Assembly (NCBI GenBank): GCA_963676565.1
Contig: OY781089.1
Coordinates: 2,048,001-2,112,000, forward strand
Reading direction: 5' to 3'
Length of the DNA stretch: 64,000 nt
Source: Halarcobacter sp.
Lineage (GTDB): Bacteria; Campylobacterota; Campylobacteria; Campylobacterales; Arcobacteraceae
Shown: positions 25,205 to 36,946 of the stretch, in pieces
Layout of the letters: each line of letters opens with the position of its first letter
How positions within the stretch are numbered: the first letter of the stretch is position 1
Made by a program: the position numbers and the translations under genes
The notes under the pieces: model-generated
The model's input: only the letters and a program-made list of their open reading frames with translations
Database searches by the model: none
Told to the model about the DNA's origin: nothing

Positions 25205-27115
25205 TTAAACTAGAATTAATTTAATTGTAACCTTTGCTCCTAAGTACTTTTTGTTGTAGTAGTGGTATTCATGATTTTGTATATCTATAGTACCTTTTAA
25301 ATGTTTTGTTATAATCTCTTCTGTCATGTAAAGCCCAATTCCTGTCCCTTGAGATTGGTGTTTAGTTGTAAAGTATGGCTCAAAAATATGTTCAATAATC
25401 TTTTTGGGAACACCCCCAGCATTATCTAAAATAGTTAATATTATCTCATCATCTTTTACATATGAATCAATAAAAATATATTTATCCTCTTGGTCTATTT
25501 TTTCTAATTCATCTTTAGCATTATTTATAAGATTTATTACAACTTGAATAAGTTCATTTTTTAATCCATAGGTTTGAAAATCTTTTGTATTATTTACAAC
25601 AATGATATTTTTATCTTTTAATTGAGGACTAACTATATTTAGTGTAGCTTCAACAACATCTTTTATTGAAAACTCTACTTTTTCTTTATTTTTTGAGAAG
25701 TAAGTTCTAAAATCTTCGATTGTATTAGACAAGTATTTTGTGGCATCATTAATATGTTTTATACTCTTTTTAAAATCATCATCACTTAAAACTCCAATCT
25801 CTTTTTTAAGTTCCATTCCTGTGGAAGTACTAAGTATAATTGAAAGTGGTTGTCTCCATTGATGTGCTATATTATTTATCATAGAACCAATTGCAGCCAT
25901 TTTTGATTGGTGTGCTAGGGTTTCATTTTGTTTTGTAATATATTCAAGACTATCATCTATCTCTTTTTTATATCTGTCAAATTTACTTTTTAAAATTCTA
26001 GAAAGATTAATAGAAAGAATAAGTAAAACTAAAGAGAAAATAATAGTTGTTATAAAAATTTGTTCTAAGTCTTCATGAAACTTTTCTTTTAATAAGTTTT
26101 TCTCTTTTTCTACTCTTTGTTTTATATCATCTTCATAAAAACCTTTTCCTATTAGCATATCCCATTTATCAAAACCTCTAACATAGCTGGTTTTTTTCAT
26201 TGGCATATTTATACCAGGCTTTTTATTTTGTATATAACTTATATAGCCACTATTATTGTTTTTTGAAGTATTAATTGCATCGATAATAGTTTGGTTAGTT
26301 CTTGTGTCTTTTGCTTCAAGGGCATTTAACCCAATAATATCTTTTTTTATGTGGCTTAGATAGTTGCCATTATAATCAAGTGCAAAGATATATCCATTAT
26401 TTGGGTATTTTAAATTACTAATAAAATTTAATATTTTTACTTTTTGGTCATCTTCAAAATCTTTTATATATTCACCTGTACCAATAACCCAATCAAAAGG
26501 CTCAAAGTGTTTGTTATAACCAATTTTTTTATATTGTTTTTCTTTGTCAGAAGGTTTATAATATTTCCATTGAAAAAAACCTTCTTTTTTTGATTTAACA
26601 ATATTAATAATTTCTCTAATTACATACACCCCATTTGCATCTTGATAATTATAAAAATTTGTTCCTTCAAGCTCTCTTGCTAATGGGAGCAAAACACACT
26701 CATAATCAAAGGTATAAATAAAAAAATATCCCCTTTTATTGTTGAATCTAATCTCCCTTAATGCATCAGAAATCATTTTTTTTAGTATTTGCTTGTCAAG
26801 TTCTTTATTTTCATTATAAATATTCATTGCAATAGAATAAGCTTCATTAACTCTATCTTTAAGAGATGTTTTTAAGTTGTTTTCTGTAGAGTCTTGTTCT
26901 TTTTGAATAAGATGATAAACTCTATCAACTTGACTTTTTATAAGTTCTTTGTTGTTTTTTATATATTCTTGTTCAATAAATTTTTCTTGATTTTTAAAAT
27001 TAACTTCATTGTTTAGATATAAAGATAGAGATAGAAGAATAGAAATTATTATCGCTAGGATAGGGGGAGCATATTTAATGATCCTAATTATTTTATCTTC
27101 ATTTTTTGTGTTCAT
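25205..27115 (-). CDS. Sensor histidine kinase with tandem Cache_2 domains
   Basis: GYFFIY...D.NG Cache repeats; IAHQWRQP, DNAGG and GTGIGL. Confidence 0.9.
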   Translation of the reverse strand: MNTKNEDKIIRIIKYAPPILAIIISILLSLSLYLNNEVNFKNQEKFIEQEYIKNNKELIKSQVDRVYHLIQKEQDSTENNLKTSLKDRVNEAYSIAMNIYNENKELDKQILKKMISDALREIRFNNKRGYFFIYTFDYECVLLPLARELEGTNFYNYQDANGVYVIREIINIVKSKKEGFFQWKYYKPSDKEKQYKKIGYNKHFEPFDWVIGTGEYIKDFEDDQKVKILNFISNLKYPNNGYIFALDYNGNYLSHIKKDIIGLNALEAKDTRTNQTIIDAINTSKNNNSGYISYIQNKKPGINMPMKKTSYVRGFDKWDMLIGKGFYEDDIKQRVEKEKNLLKEKFHEDLEQIFITTIIFSLVLLILSINLSRILKSKFDRYKKEIDDSLEYITKQNETLAHQSKMAAIGSMINNIAHQWRQPLSIILSTSTGMELKKEIGVLSDDDFKKSIKHINDATKYLSNTIEDFRTYFSKNKEKVEFSIKDVVEATLNIVSPQLKDKNIIVVNNTKDFQTYGLKNELIQVVINLINNAKDELEKIDQEDKYIFIDSYVKDDEIILTILDNAGGVPKKIIEHIFEPYFTTKHQSQGTGIGLYMTEEIITKHLKGTIDIQNHEYHYYNKKYLGAKVTIKLILV

Positions 27116-27156
27116 ATAATATTCTTAGTTAATTGTTTAATTGTACAACAATTTGA

Positions 27157-27756
27157 CTAAAAACCATTTTCAAATGAAGAAGAAATAAATATATTTAAAT
27201 CTTTTAGAAATGTAGAAACTAATTGATTTTGTGCTTCAACAAAACCAAGGGCATCTATAGTTTTTGTTTCCTTTTTATATATAAAATTTTTATATGCAAT
27301 TTTTTTATTTAGGTTATTGATTAGGTAAACTCTTATTGAAAGTTTTGCAAATGATTGATTGTTTTCTATACTTTGATTGAATTCAAACAATTCACTATGT
27401 AATGTATAATCACTTGCAAGTTTAATTTTTGAAGTTGTTATATATTTAAACCTATTTTTTGAGTTTAGATATGAAGCCATACTTTGTTGTATAAGTTTAG
27501 TTGGCTTATCACTCCAACGACTTAGCACATATGAATCACTAATATACCCATCTTTTTTGTAACTAATAGCCTTGCTATTTAAACTCTCTAGGGTTCTTGG
27601 TTCTAAAATCATAATACTTTTATCAAAAAAACTTTGTTTCTCTTGTTTTATATCAAGATTAAGATTGTAAGTTTTATATGCTGGCAATTCTTTTGTAATA
27701 CTAATACATCCTGTAAATAGTATTGAAATAAATAAAATTGATAAAAATTTAAACAT
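27157..27756 (-). CDS. ABC transport auxiliary lipoprotein (PqiC-like)
   Basis: Lipobox LFTGC; SRWSDKP motif; last gene of the Mla-like operon. Confidence 0.8.
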   Translation of the reverse strand: MFKFLSILFISILFTGCISITKELPAYKTYNLNLDIKQEKQSFFDKSIMILEPRTLESLNSKAISYKKDGYISDSYVLSRWSDKPTKLIQQSMASYLNSKNRFKYITTSKIKLASDYTLHSELFEFNQSIENNQSFAKLSIRVYLINNLNKKIAYKNFIYKKETKTIDALGFVEAQNQLVSTFLKDLNIFISSSFENGF

Positions 27757-28700
27757 TATTCTAGTTCTCCTGGTCCAAAGTTTTTCTCTCTTGTATTAAA
27801 AATCATATCTCCACCATTTGAGTTAAAATCTTCAATTGTAGAATCGATTTTTTCTATAGTTTGTTCTAAATCCCCTAATACTTTTTCTATACTTTGAGAT
27901 GATTTTGCTGTATTACTAAAATCAGTAATTAAGTTTTTTACATCATTTTTTAATACTTCATCAATATTTTTACTTAATAAACTTAGATTTTTAGAAAGTT
28001 TTTCTATCTCTTTTATGGTTTTTGATACATCATTTTTTACTACATTATCGATTGTTTTTGTCATTTGATTTACATTGTTGAAAGTTGTTTTTACATCATT
28101 TTCTAATAGATTATTTGAATGTGTAATTAGTTGATTAAAGTTTTCCGATGATTTATTTAAATTGGCTAATAGTTTTTCAATATTTTCAATATTTTTATCA
28201 TTTAGCAATAGCTCAAATCTTTTTAAAACAACTTCAATTTGTGAACTTATATTTCCTGCACTTGAAGTAAGTTTATCAATAAAAGATTTTTTTAAAGGTA
28301 AGATTGCAAATGAATTTTCTTTTACCACAACTTGTTTTGCTTCTTGAGTTCCACCCTCTATTTCTATTAGTTTATTTCCCGTAACACCTTGAGATTGTAT
28401 TATTGCATAAGAGTTAGTTTTTATGATTTCTGGTTTTGTGATTTTTAAGATAATCTCTATTTGTTCAACATCTTTAGGATTGATTCTAATATCATCAACT
28501 AAACCTATATCTAAACCCTTGTATTCAACAATTGAGTTTTTATTTAAACCAGCTATAGAGGTTTTACTATAAATTCTAAACTCTTTTGCATTTAATTCTT
28601 CTACATCGTACCTTGCAAGCCATAATATAAAAATAACCATTGCAATTGTAAATGTAAGAACAAATATACCAACAACTGTGTATTTAGCTTTATTTTCCAA
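27756..28700 (-). CDS. MlaD/MCE family protein with long helical domain
   Basis: SIAGL...S.VEYKG..IG.V and QGVTG motifs. Confidence 0.88.
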   Translation of the reverse strand: MENKAKYTVVGIFVLTFTIAMVIFILWLARYDVEELNAKEFRIYSKTSIAGLNKNSIVEYKGLDIGLVDDIRINPKDVEQIEIILKITKPEIIKTNSYAIIQSQGVTGNKLIEIEGGTQEAKQVVVKENSFAILPLKKSFIDKLTSSAGNISSQIEVVLKRFELLLNDKNIENIEKLLANLNKSSENFNQLITHSNNLLENDVKTTFNNVNQMTKTIDNVVKNDVSKTIKEIEKLSKNLSLLSKNIDEVLKNDVKNLITDFSNTAKSSQSIEKVLGDLEQTIEKIDSTIEDFNSNGGDMIFNTREKNFGPGELE

Positions 28701-29433
28701 ACTCTTCCTTTTGAAGTTTTAAAAACTTTTTTATTGTATCATCATTTGAATTTAATGCATCCTCATAGGTTCCAAGCATTGATAGTTTACCATTTGAAAG
28801 GATTAAGAATCTATCTAAAACATTTTTTATAGTATTTAATTCATGGGTAATCATAACAACTGTTAATCCTAACATATCCCTAAGTTGTGCAATTAATGTA
28901 TCAAAAGCTTTTGCACTTGCAGGATCAAGTCCTGAAGTCGGTTCATCTAAAAAAACTATCTCAGGGTCTAAAGCTAAACTTCTAGCTAAGGCTACTCTTT
29001 TTTTCATTCCCCCACTTAACTCTTGGGGATAAAGTTTACCAACTCTTGAATCAAGACCAACCATTTTTAATTTTGTGTAAGCAATATCATCAATTAATTC
29101 TTTAGGTAAATTTGTGTTTTCTTTTAACATAATGCCAATATTTTCAATTACATTTAAAGATGAAAATAAAGCGCCAAATTGAAATAAAACACCCCAGTTT
29201 CTTTTTATATTATCCCTATCTTTCATATTTAAATTTTTTATATTTTTACCAAAAATTTCAATATCACCTTTTTGTATGGCATCCAACATTATTATTTGTC
29301 GAAGCATTACCGTTTTTCCACTACCACTTCCACCTAAGATACCAAATATTTCACCTTTTTTTATATTAAAAGAGATATCATCATGCACAATTTTTTCTTT
29401 AAATGAGGTTGAAATATTTTTAACTTTTATCAT
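28690..29433 (-). CDS. MlaF-type ABC ATPase
   Basis: GGSGSGKT, LFQFGALF, LSGGMKKR and LDEPTSGLDP. Confidence 0.92.
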   Translation of the reverse strand: MIKVKNISTSFKEKIVHDDISFNIKKGEIFGILGGSGSGKTVMLRQIIMLDAIQKGDIEIFGKNIKNLNMKDRDNIKRNWGVLFQFGALFSSLNVIENIGIMLKENTNLPKELIDDIAYTKLKMVGLDSRVGKLYPQELSGGMKKRVALARSLALDPEIVFLDEPTSGLDPASAKAFDTLIAQLRDMLGLTVVMITHELNTIKNVLDRFLILSNGKLSMLGTYEDALNSNDDTIKKFLKLQKEEFGK

Positions 29434-29434
29434 C

Positions 29435-30520
29435 TTAGAATCCTAATTGTATTGAAAGTAAAGATATTATTGCATTGATTATAATTAACCAAAAAATTGA
29501 ATCAACAACTGCTTTTGTAGTATATTTCCCAATATCAGTTCCACTTTTAACTTGTAAACCTCTATAACATCCAATAACTGCAATTAAAATACCAAATAAG
29601 GGAGCCTTAAAAACTCCAAGTAAAATATGTCTAATCTCAACATATTCATAAATTCTTTCTATAAATTGAGTATATGAAATACCAAGGTGAATCTTAACTA
29701 TAACCATCTCTCCAATAAGTGAAGCCATATCGGCAAAAAATACAATTAAAGGTAAAACAATAATTAGTGCAATGATTCTAGGAATTATTAAAAAAATATC
29801 AATATCAAAGCCCATTGTTCTCATGGCACTTATCTCTTCAGTTATTTTCATTGTTCCAATTTGTGCTGTATAGGATGAAGCACTTCGTCCTGCAATTATA
29901 ACAGCTGCCAAAAAAGGGGCAATTTCTCTAAACATACTCATTGTAGACATCTCAATAACTATTATTGCTGCACCAAATCTATTTAATTGTTCAGCACCTT
30001 GATAAGCTGTAACAAATCCAACTAAAAATAAAGCTAAGGCAATGATTGGCAAAATAGGAATTGCAGCAATCTCTATTTGATGAACAATAGATTTAAGTCT
30101 AATTTTAGAAGGATGTTTTAAAAGATAAAAAAAATAAACTATTAATTTCCCTATAAAATATAAAAAGTTTTTAAAAGAGTTTGAGGAATCAAATACCTCT
30201 TTCCCTATTTTTTCTAAAAATGGGGATTCTTTTGAGATAATCTCATCTTTATGTACATAATTACTTTTGTATAAATCAAACATTTTTTTATGTTTTGATG
30301 AGATGTTTTCAATTAAAACTTCTGTATTCTTTTTCTCAAAAATTATTACATATTTTATTAATAAGATAATTCCCGATGAATCAATCTGTCCAAGTTTTTG
30401 AAAATCAAAACTTACAGTTTTAGAGGAGATATTTTTTTTGAAAAAATTATCCAACTCTTTTATTTTAGGTGTTAGTGTTGTATATTCCCAATCTTCTTTA
30501 ACTGTAAATTGATTAATCAA
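29435..30520 (-). CDS. MlaE-type permease with N-terminal STAS domain
   Basis: IDSSG STAS motif; REIAP and AGRSASS..AQIGTMKITEEI.AM..MG. Confidence 0.9.
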   Translation of the reverse strand: MINQFTVKEDWEYTTLTPKIKELDNFFKKNISSKTVSFDFQKLGQIDSSGIILLIKYVIIFEKKNTEVLIENISSKHKKMFDLYKSNYVHKDEIISKESPFLEKIGKEVFDSSNSFKNFLYFIGKLIVYFFYLLKHPSKIRLKSIVHQIEIAAIPILPIIALALFLVGFVTAYQGAEQLNRFGAAIIVIEMSTMSMFREIAPFLAAVIIAGRSASSYTAQIGTMKITEEISAMRTMGFDIDIFLIIPRIIALIIVLPLIVFFADMASLIGEMVIVKIHLGISYTQFIERIYEYVEIRHILLGVFKAPLFGILIAVIGCYRGLQVKSGTDIGKYTTKAVVDSIFWLIIINAIISLLSIQLGF

Positions 30521-30529
30521 AAATCCCCT

Positions 30530-31819
30530 TTAAAAAGTGTTAGCGATATCTTTTACGATTTTACTAATATTTAGTATCGATTTGATTTCAACCTTTTCTC
30601 TTGTTGAGTGTGGGTTAAATATATTTGGACCAATAGAGGCAATTTTCATATGTGGAAATTTGTCTTTAAATATTGCACACTCTAAGCCTGCATGTATTGC
30701 TTCTAAGGATGCTTCTGGATTGTGTTTTTTATAAATATCTAAAACCATATTTGTAAACTCATTTACATCTGGTTTCCATGCTGGATATTTACCATCTGTT
30801 CTTACTTCAAAACCAAAAGATTCCAATAATAAAATGGTCTCTTTTTTTAGTTGTTCAAGGTTTGAATTTGACATTGATCGACCACTTAATTCAATCTCAA
30901 TTTCATCAATTTTTGTTTCTATTTTAGCTAGGTTGATAGAGTCTAAAACCACATTTAAATCTTTATCATATGCTCTAACACCATTTGCAAATGTATAAAT
31001 GAAATCACATATATCACTTGACCAAACATTTAAATGTTCAGCTTTAGTATCAATTTTACTTATACAAATATTTTCATTTGGTATTAACTTTGGGTCCTCT
31101 TTAAAAGCAACAATTGCTTTAACATTTACAGGGATGGAGTTGATTCTCTCCCCACCATTTATATCAAGAAGTAAACCATTATTTTCTTTTATAGTTTGTG
31201 CAATTAGTTTAATACCATTTGGTACATTTAAGTGAATATCAACACCACTGTGACCACCAGGTAATTTAGAAATCTCTATTTCATAAAGCTCATAATTTTC
31301 ATTGTTTTCAATAATTTGTTTTGAAGAGTTTTTTGCAAAGAAATCTACCCCTCCAGCACAACCAATACAAATTTCACCTTCTGCTTCACTATCAATATTT
31401 AACATATATTGTGCATCTAATTTATGCTCTAAATTATTTGCTCCAATTAGTCCTATCTCTTCATCACTTGTAAAAAGAAATTGACAATCATAACCTTGAG
31501 TCATTAGTGATAGCATATAAGAACATCCTATACCATTATCAGCTCCTAATGTTGAGTTCTCAGCTCTTAAAAACTCTTCTTCTTCAACAATTTTAGGAAT
31601 ACAATTGTCACTTAAACAAACAATATCATAATGGTTTTGTAAACACAAACTTGCTTTTGAGTTCTCTTTTTTACATAAAATATTATTAAAGTTATCAACT
31701 AAACAAAGGTAACCATTTTTTGAAGCAAATTTTTTCATATAATTTATAAATGGTTCATGATTCCCACTACATCTAGGGATAGTTGTGATTTCTTTGAAAA
31801 TATCTAAAACATTATTCAC
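30530..31819 (-). CDS. pepD: Aminoacyl-histidine dipeptidase (M20 family)
   Basis: LQNHYDIV, TLGADNGIG, DEEIGL, GGHSG and IHAGLEC. Confidence 0.9.
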   Translation of the reverse strand: MNNVLDIFKEITTIPRCSGNHEPFINYMKKFASKNGYLCLVDNFNNILCKKENSKASLCLQNHYDIVCLSDNCIPKIVEEEEFLRAENSTLGADNGIGCSYMLSLMTQGYDCQFLFTSDEEIGLIGANNLEHKLDAQYMLNIDSEAEGEICIGCAGGVDFFAKNSSKQIIENNENYELYEIEISKLPGGHSGVDIHLNVPNGIKLIAQTIKENNGLLLDINGGERINSIPVNVKAIVAFKEDPKLIPNENICISKIDTKAEHLNVWSSDICDFIYTFANGVRAYDKDLNVVLDSINLAKIETKIDEIEIELSGRSMSNSNLEQLKKETILLLESFGFEVRTDGKYPAWKPDVNEFTNMVLDIYKKHNPEASLEAIHAGLECAIFKDKFPHMKIASIGPNIFNPHSTREKVEIKSILNISKIVKDIANTF

Positions 31820-31935
31820 AAATAGCCTTTTTTAGGCACTATTATAACTAAGAATATAAAAACTTTCCTTATATTTTTAAGCTTTGTTAAAAAATATTAT
31901 ATTAAGATAAATAAATTAAAATTTAGGGAAGATAA

Positions 31936-32499
31936 ATGATTATAGATTATAAAGATGTAAACGATTTAAATAGATATAAAATTATGTCTGATACAGTTGT
32001 TCCAAGACCAATTGCATGGATTGTAACAGAAGATGAAGGTGTTATAAATGCAGCTCCTTTTTCATATTTTGTACCATTATCAAGTAATCCTGCTGTTGTT
32101 ATTGTTTCTATTGGTGTAAAAGAAGAGGGCGTTCCAAAGGATTCTTTACATAATATTTTGAAAAATAAAAAAGCTACTATTTGTTTTGTAAATAAAGACA
32201 ATACAGAGCAAGTTAAACTTTGTGCAAATATGCTTGATAAAGAAGAGAGTGAAATTGAAAAATTTGAGATTGATGTTCAAAAACCTTTAGATGATTTTCC
32301 TCCAATGATAAGCTCAACTCAAACTGCTTTATTTTGTGAATTTTATCAAAAAGTAGATATCCCAGGTAAAACAACGCCAGTTATATTAGAAGTAAAAAAA
32401 CAATACATTGAAGATGGAAGATTAGATGAAAGATCTCATGTTCATGTTGAAAATGTAGGTAGAAGTGGTGCTTTCTTTAAAGCAATGGTAGACTTATAA
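31936..32499 (+). CDS. Flavin reductase family protein
   Basis: VPRPIAWI, NAAPFSYF and KDS..NI motifs. Confidence 0.88.
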   Translation: MIIDYKDVNDLNRYKIMSDTVVPRPIAWIVTEDEGVINAAPFSYFVPLSSNPAVVIVSIGVKEEGVPKDSLHNILKNKKATICFVNKDNTEQVKLCANMLDKEESEIEKFEIDVQKPLDDFPPMISSTQTALFCEFYQKVDIPGKTTPVILEVKKQYIEDGRLDERSHVHVENVGRSGAFFKAMVDL

Positions 32500-32524
32500 A
32501 ACTAAGAGTTAAACTCTTAGTTTT
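32498..32524. terminator. Bidirectional terminator
   Basis: AAAACTAAGAGTT-A-AACTCTTAGTTTT between convergent genes. Confidence 0.8.
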
Positions 32525-32525
32525 A

Positions 32526-34781
32526 TTAAAATTTATTTTCAGATACTTTTTTAACAACATTTTGTGCAATGTTATTAGTTTTTATTGCAATTGTATTTGT
32601 TACTTCAGCAATAGCTGCATTTTCTTGTGTAAATTTATCTAATTGACCAACAGCATCAGCTATTTGATTCATTCCTACACTTTGTTCTTTTGCTGCATTT
32701 GCAACATCACTTATAAGATTACTTGTATCATGAATTTTTGATTCCAATTCATTAAAACCTTCAATCATCTTATTACTAATACTTTTTCCATTGTCAGCTT
32801 TAGTTGTTGCATTTTCAACTAAATCTTTAATCTCTTTTGCTGCTTCTGCACTTCTTGCTGCAAGATTTCTTACTTCTTGGGCTACAACTGCAAACCCTTT
32901 TCCTGCTTCTCCTGCTGTTGCTGCTTCAACTGCTGCATTTAATGATAAAATATTTGTTTGGAAGGCAATTTGGTCAATTACTGAAATCGCTTCATTGATA
33001 TTTAGAACTGTTGTATTAATATCTTCCATCGCATTTACAGTGTTTGTTGCTAAGTTTTTACCTTCCGTAGCAGAACTTCTTGTCTCGTTTGATATTATAA
33101 GCATCTCTTGAGCTTTTTGACTTGTACTATTAATGTTACTTGTGATTTCATCAATTGATGCAGCCGTTTCTTCTAAAGATGCAGCTTGAGAAGTTGCATT
33201 ATTAGATAAAGTATTAACATTTGATGTTAATTCATTTGCATCATTTTGAAGTTCTATACCATCATTATGACTTGTTTTAAGCATCTCAATAATCATCTCA
33301 TTCATATTTGATATTTCATTTCCAATTTTACCTGAAGAAGCTTTATCTAGTTTTGCTGTAAAGTCTCTTTTTGAATAGCTTTCTAATACCATGCTTATAG
33401 TATTTAAATCTTTTCCTAAAATTGATTGAAGATTATCTAGCATTTGATTAAGTAAATCTCTTAATTCATTTAATGAATCTGTAGATGTTGTTTTATTGAT
33501 TCGTTTACTTAAATAACCTTGGCTCACATCATTTGCTATAGTTTTCACCTCTTCAATAATCATATTATCTTCAATTATTGAAGTTTTTATTTTGTCTATA
33601 TTTTCATTAATATTTTTAGCCATTAGTCCAAATTCATCATTTGAAGATATATTTATGGTGTCAACATCAGATGATTGTTTATTTAAAAATTTGAAAAATG
33701 ATTCCATTCCACTTGAAATAAAAGAAAGATTAGATTTTAATACTGTTATTGAAAGATAAACTACTATAGCTATAATTATTATTCCAATTAATGAGAAAAT
33801 AATTGAAATATTTCTAATGAAGTTTGCATCTGCTAAATATTCATTTTTTGGGGCATTCACAAAAATTGACCAATTAGTTTCTTCTGCACCTACTTTAAAA
33901 GGTTTAACAACATATTGTGAATCAAATCCATTTCCAAAAGATTCTTTTTCAAAAGAGTATGTTTTTAATTCTTTTACATTTTTTAACGCTTTGATGTAAT
34001 CTGGGTCATTTTTAGCAACTTCTAAAAGTTTTTTGTTGATAACTTCTTTTTTTGGATGTCCTACAATAATTCCATAATTATCAACAATAAAAAAATATCC
34101 ATTTTCATATATTTTTGTTTTTTTTGTCATCTGCAAAAATTTATTTAAATCAATTTCTGCACCTACTGCACCAGCAAACTCCCCATCTTTGTATAAAGGC
34201 ATTGCAATGGTTGTCATTAGGGTATCAACTCCAGCTACAGGGTAGACATAAGGTTTTGTAATAAAAAGTTTTCCAGCATCTTTAGGACCTTTTATCCAAC
34301 CATTTTCTTCATTATAAGATGAGCCTGAATCAACAATAATACCATCTTTCCCCCTTGTGATATATGGAGAGAAACTACCATCTTTTGCATACCAGTTTTT
34401 TGGATATTTACCATCTTTTACTGTAGTTTCATATAAGATATTAGCTTCTTTTGTAGACCACCATATTCCAAGCAATTGTTCATTATCCTTTAGCATAGAT
34501 TTGAACATTTGGATTGATTCTTTTTCCTTAAGAATAGTATTATGGTTTATAGCTTCTTGAAATTTAGCCCATATTGTCTTAACTAAACTAATTGATAAGT
34601 TAACATCACCTTGAACTTTTGATGCATTATTATTTGAAACTTCATTAAGGTAAGTTTCTGCACCTTTTTGTGCTGTATCAAAAGAATACTTTCCTAAGAT
34701 AAACATAGTCAAAGCGAATACAATCGTAGTTGTACCTAGTACTCTAAGTAATAACTTATTACCAAAACTAGAATTTTTCAT
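32526..34781 (-). CDS. Methyl-accepting chemotaxis protein with dCache sensor
   Basis: 2 TM segments; F.PY...W...ITKPYVYP dCache pattern; MCP signalling domain. Confidence 0.92.
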   Translation of the reverse strand: MKNSSFGNKLLLRVLGTTTIVFALTMFILGKYSFDTAQKGAETYLNEVSNNNASKVQGDVNLSISLVKTIWAKFQEAINHNTILKEKESIQMFKSMLKDNEQLLGIWWSTKEANILYETTVKDGKYPKNWYAKDGSFSPYITRGKDGIIVDSGSSYNEENGWIKGPKDAGKLFITKPYVYPVAGVDTLMTTIAMPLYKDGEFAGAVGAEIDLNKFLQMTKKTKIYENGYFFIVDNYGIIVGHPKKEVINKKLLEVAKNDPDYIKALKNVKELKTYSFEKESFGNGFDSQYVVKPFKVGAEETNWSIFVNAPKNEYLADANFIRNISIIFSLIGIIIIAIVVYLSITVLKSNLSFISSGMESFFKFLNKQSSDVDTINISSNDEFGLMAKNINENIDKIKTSIIEDNMIIEEVKTIANDVSQGYLSKRINKTTSTDSLNELRDLLNQMLDNLQSILGKDLNTISMVLESYSKRDFTAKLDKASSGKIGNEISNMNEMIIEMLKTSHNDGIELQNDANELTSNVNTLSNNATSQAASLEETAASIDEITSNINSTSQKAQEMLIISNETRSSATEGKNLATNTVNAMEDINTTVLNINEAISVIDQIAFQTNILSLNAAVEAATAGEAGKGFAVVAQEVRNLAARSAEAAKEIKDLVENATTKADNGKSISNKMIEGFNELESKIHDTSNLISDVANAAKEQSVGMNQIADAVGQLDKFTQENAAIAEVTNTIAIKTNNIAQNVVKKVSENKF

Positions 34782-34848
34782 ACCCTCACCTTTTATTATT
34801 TTTTTATATTATATAATAAAAAAGTACGAGAAGAGTATTATTTTTTAA

Positions 34849-36096
34849 CTAGTTATCAAAATTCTCATCTTGTCTTGGATCCATTTCAGGTAATTCAGCC
34901 CCTGATGCAACAGGCATATTTACAAAGACACTCATATCTTTTGCTGGGACTTTATCTTTAGTAAGAGCATAAATACTTAAAAATAAACCTAAAACTGCAA
35001 AACTAAAAAATAAAAAATTAGGTTTAAAATAACTAATACCAAAACCTATAAGTAATGGTGAAATAAATGAACCAATCCCATATGTAAAAAGAAGTGTTCT
35101 ACTAATCTCAATCACGTCCTTATTTTCATCAACAACGTCATTTGCCCTTGCAACTGATAATGGATACATCGAAAATATTGTTAATCCCAATAAAAAACCT
35201 AGGATATATAAATATTCATTAATATCGGAAAATATAATAAACAAAATAGAGGTTATTGCAGTTAAAAAAGCAGTAATTGATATAAGTTTTCTTCTTCCAT
35301 ATTTATCTGATAGTAAACCTATTGGCCATTGAGCTAATAATCCCCCAATTAAACCTATAATCATAAAATTAGAAACTATTTCAAGGGAATCACTTTTTAA
35401 TAAAATATAAACTGGAATCATAGCAAAAAATCCACCAACAAAATATCCACTAATAAAACTTGATACGGTTGCAAGTGGTACCACTGAATAAATTTTGGGG
35501 AAACTATATCTTTCAAAGGGTTTTAATACTGGCTCTTTTATTTTTGTTAAAGATATAAATATAACTGAAAATAGAACTAAAACAGAACCAATTGCAAATA
35601 TAAATTGTTTAAAATGTTCATCAATATTTAAAAACAATTGTCCAATTGCTGTTGAAAGATAAAAGATGATTGTATAAATTGCCAAAATTTTACTTCTGTC
35701 CTCTTCGCTACTTTTTTCATTTAGCCAGCTTTCAAGTATTATCAATAGTGCATAAAAAGAAAATCCAGAGATTACTCTAAGAATTGTCCATAAAATAACA
35801 TCAAAAAACAAAGAGTGTATTAAGAATGTTATTACCATAAGTGAAGTAAAAGCAGAAAAACTTCTTATATGTCCAACTGTTGAGATAATTTTTTGACTAA
35901 ATATTGAAGATAAAACTGCACCTAAAAAGAAAGAACCGTTAATTAGTCCAATAAGGGAACTACTTATACCCATCTCTTTTAAATATACACCTATAAACGT
36001 AAGTATCATCCCATAACCAATTGCTAAAAAAGCAATTGCAAAAAACATAGAAGAGATAGGAAAAACAATTTTTTTTAAACTCATATTGTGACTCAT
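34849..36096 (-). CDS. MFS transporter (YcaD-like)
   Basis: About 12 TM segments; VGHIRSF, ESWLNE and QWPIG.LSD.YGRR. Confidence 0.88.
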   Translation of the reverse strand: MSHNMSLKKIVFPISSMFFAIAFLAIGYGMILTFIGVYLKEMGISSSLIGLINGSFFLGAVLSSIFSQKIISTVGHIRSFSAFTSLMVITFLIHSLFFDVILWTILRVISGFSFYALLIILESWLNEKSSEEDRSKILAIYTIIFYLSTAIGQLFLNIDEHFKQFIFAIGSVLVLFSVIFISLTKIKEPVLKPFERYSFPKIYSVVPLATVSSFISGYFVGGFFAMIPVYILLKSDSLEIVSNFMIIGLIGGLLAQWPIGLLSDKYGRRKLISITAFLTAITSILFIIFSDINEYLYILGFLLGLTIFSMYPLSVARANDVVDENKDVIEISRTLLFTYGIGSFISPLLIGFGISYFKPNFLFFSFAVLGLFLSIYALTKDKVPAKDMSVFVNMPVASGAELPEMDPRQDENFDN

Positions 36097-36325
36097 TGTA
36101 GAAAATATTTAATTTAGTAATAAATTTTCGTATTATAAAACAATAGAGATTAAACTCCATTATGTTTATTCAACAATTCTTTTAAGTTTGAATATTTACT
36201 TATAAAAGTGTTTGTTTTCAATGGTTTTTCAAGGAATATTTTATTTCATTTTGTTATAACAATTTGAACTAATTTTAAGTTTATTAATGTATAATCCTCC
36301 TCCCAAATCACTACAGAGGAGATAA

Positions 36326-36640
36326 ATGCGAATTACAATTACAGAAGCTGAGTTTGAGGCTATTCAAAAAATATTAGTTCAAAATGATACAATGTTATAT
36401 AATAGGTTTAATGAGGAGTTTAAAAAATCAATTTTATCATGTACTCCAAAAAAAATAAAAGCAACAAAAAAAGCTAATAATGTAAAAAGAAAGAGAAGTA
36501 GAACAGCAATAACTAATGCTGTTAATATGTTAAGATTTGAAAATAAAAAAATTACTATATATAATGTAGCTAAAACAGCTGAAATTAGTTATAACACGGC
36601 AAAACAATATAAAGACTTTATAATGGCTCAATCAGCTTAA
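36326..36640 (+). CDS. Small basic protein with C-terminal HTH
   Basis: GAGGAG RBS, upstream TATAAT; ITNAVNMLRFENKKITIYNVAKTAEISYNTAKQY. Confidence 0.7.
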   Translation: MRITITEAEFEAIQKILVQNDTMLYNRFNEEFKKSILSCTPKKIKATKKANNVKRKRSRTAITNAVNMLRFENKKITIYNVAKTAEISYNTAKQYKDFIMAQSA

Positions 36641-36676
36641 ACTCAAATATTTTATAATATTTATTTTGATAGTTTC

Positions 36677-36946
36677 TTCAAAATGATAAAACAAAATGAA
36701 ACAAGAACACCTTTTTTTCTTATTAAAAAATTAAAATATTTTGGTGCAATTTATTTCAAAATGATATATCGTAAATAAAAAAAGAAAAAAGTCTTTATTA
36801 AAGCTATCATGGAGTAGTTTTATATATTTTTCAAAATGTTTTATCAATGTGAAAGAGTATTGTGAAGTTAAATTAATGCAAAAGAATAATGGTTTTAAGA
36901 AATTGAAAACTAATTATTTCAAAATGATAAAATATTTTATCATTTT
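36677..36946. repeat. Array of TTCAAAATGATA-like motifs plus a 26-bp perfect palindrome
   Basis: Exact copies at 36677, 36755 and 36918; inverted variant near 36839-36854; palindrome at 36921-36946. Confidence 0.6.

Noticed and set aside
14709..32985. Near-identical DNA in the signalling tips of two MCP genes (about 14709-14885 and 32807-32985)
   Set aside because: Expected from extreme conservation of the MCP hairpin tip plus biased codon usage; several synonymous differences remain
36677..36946. CRISPR array or plasmid iterons
   Set aside because: Repeats are only 12 bp, irregularly spaced and in mixed orientation; no cas or rep gene nearby
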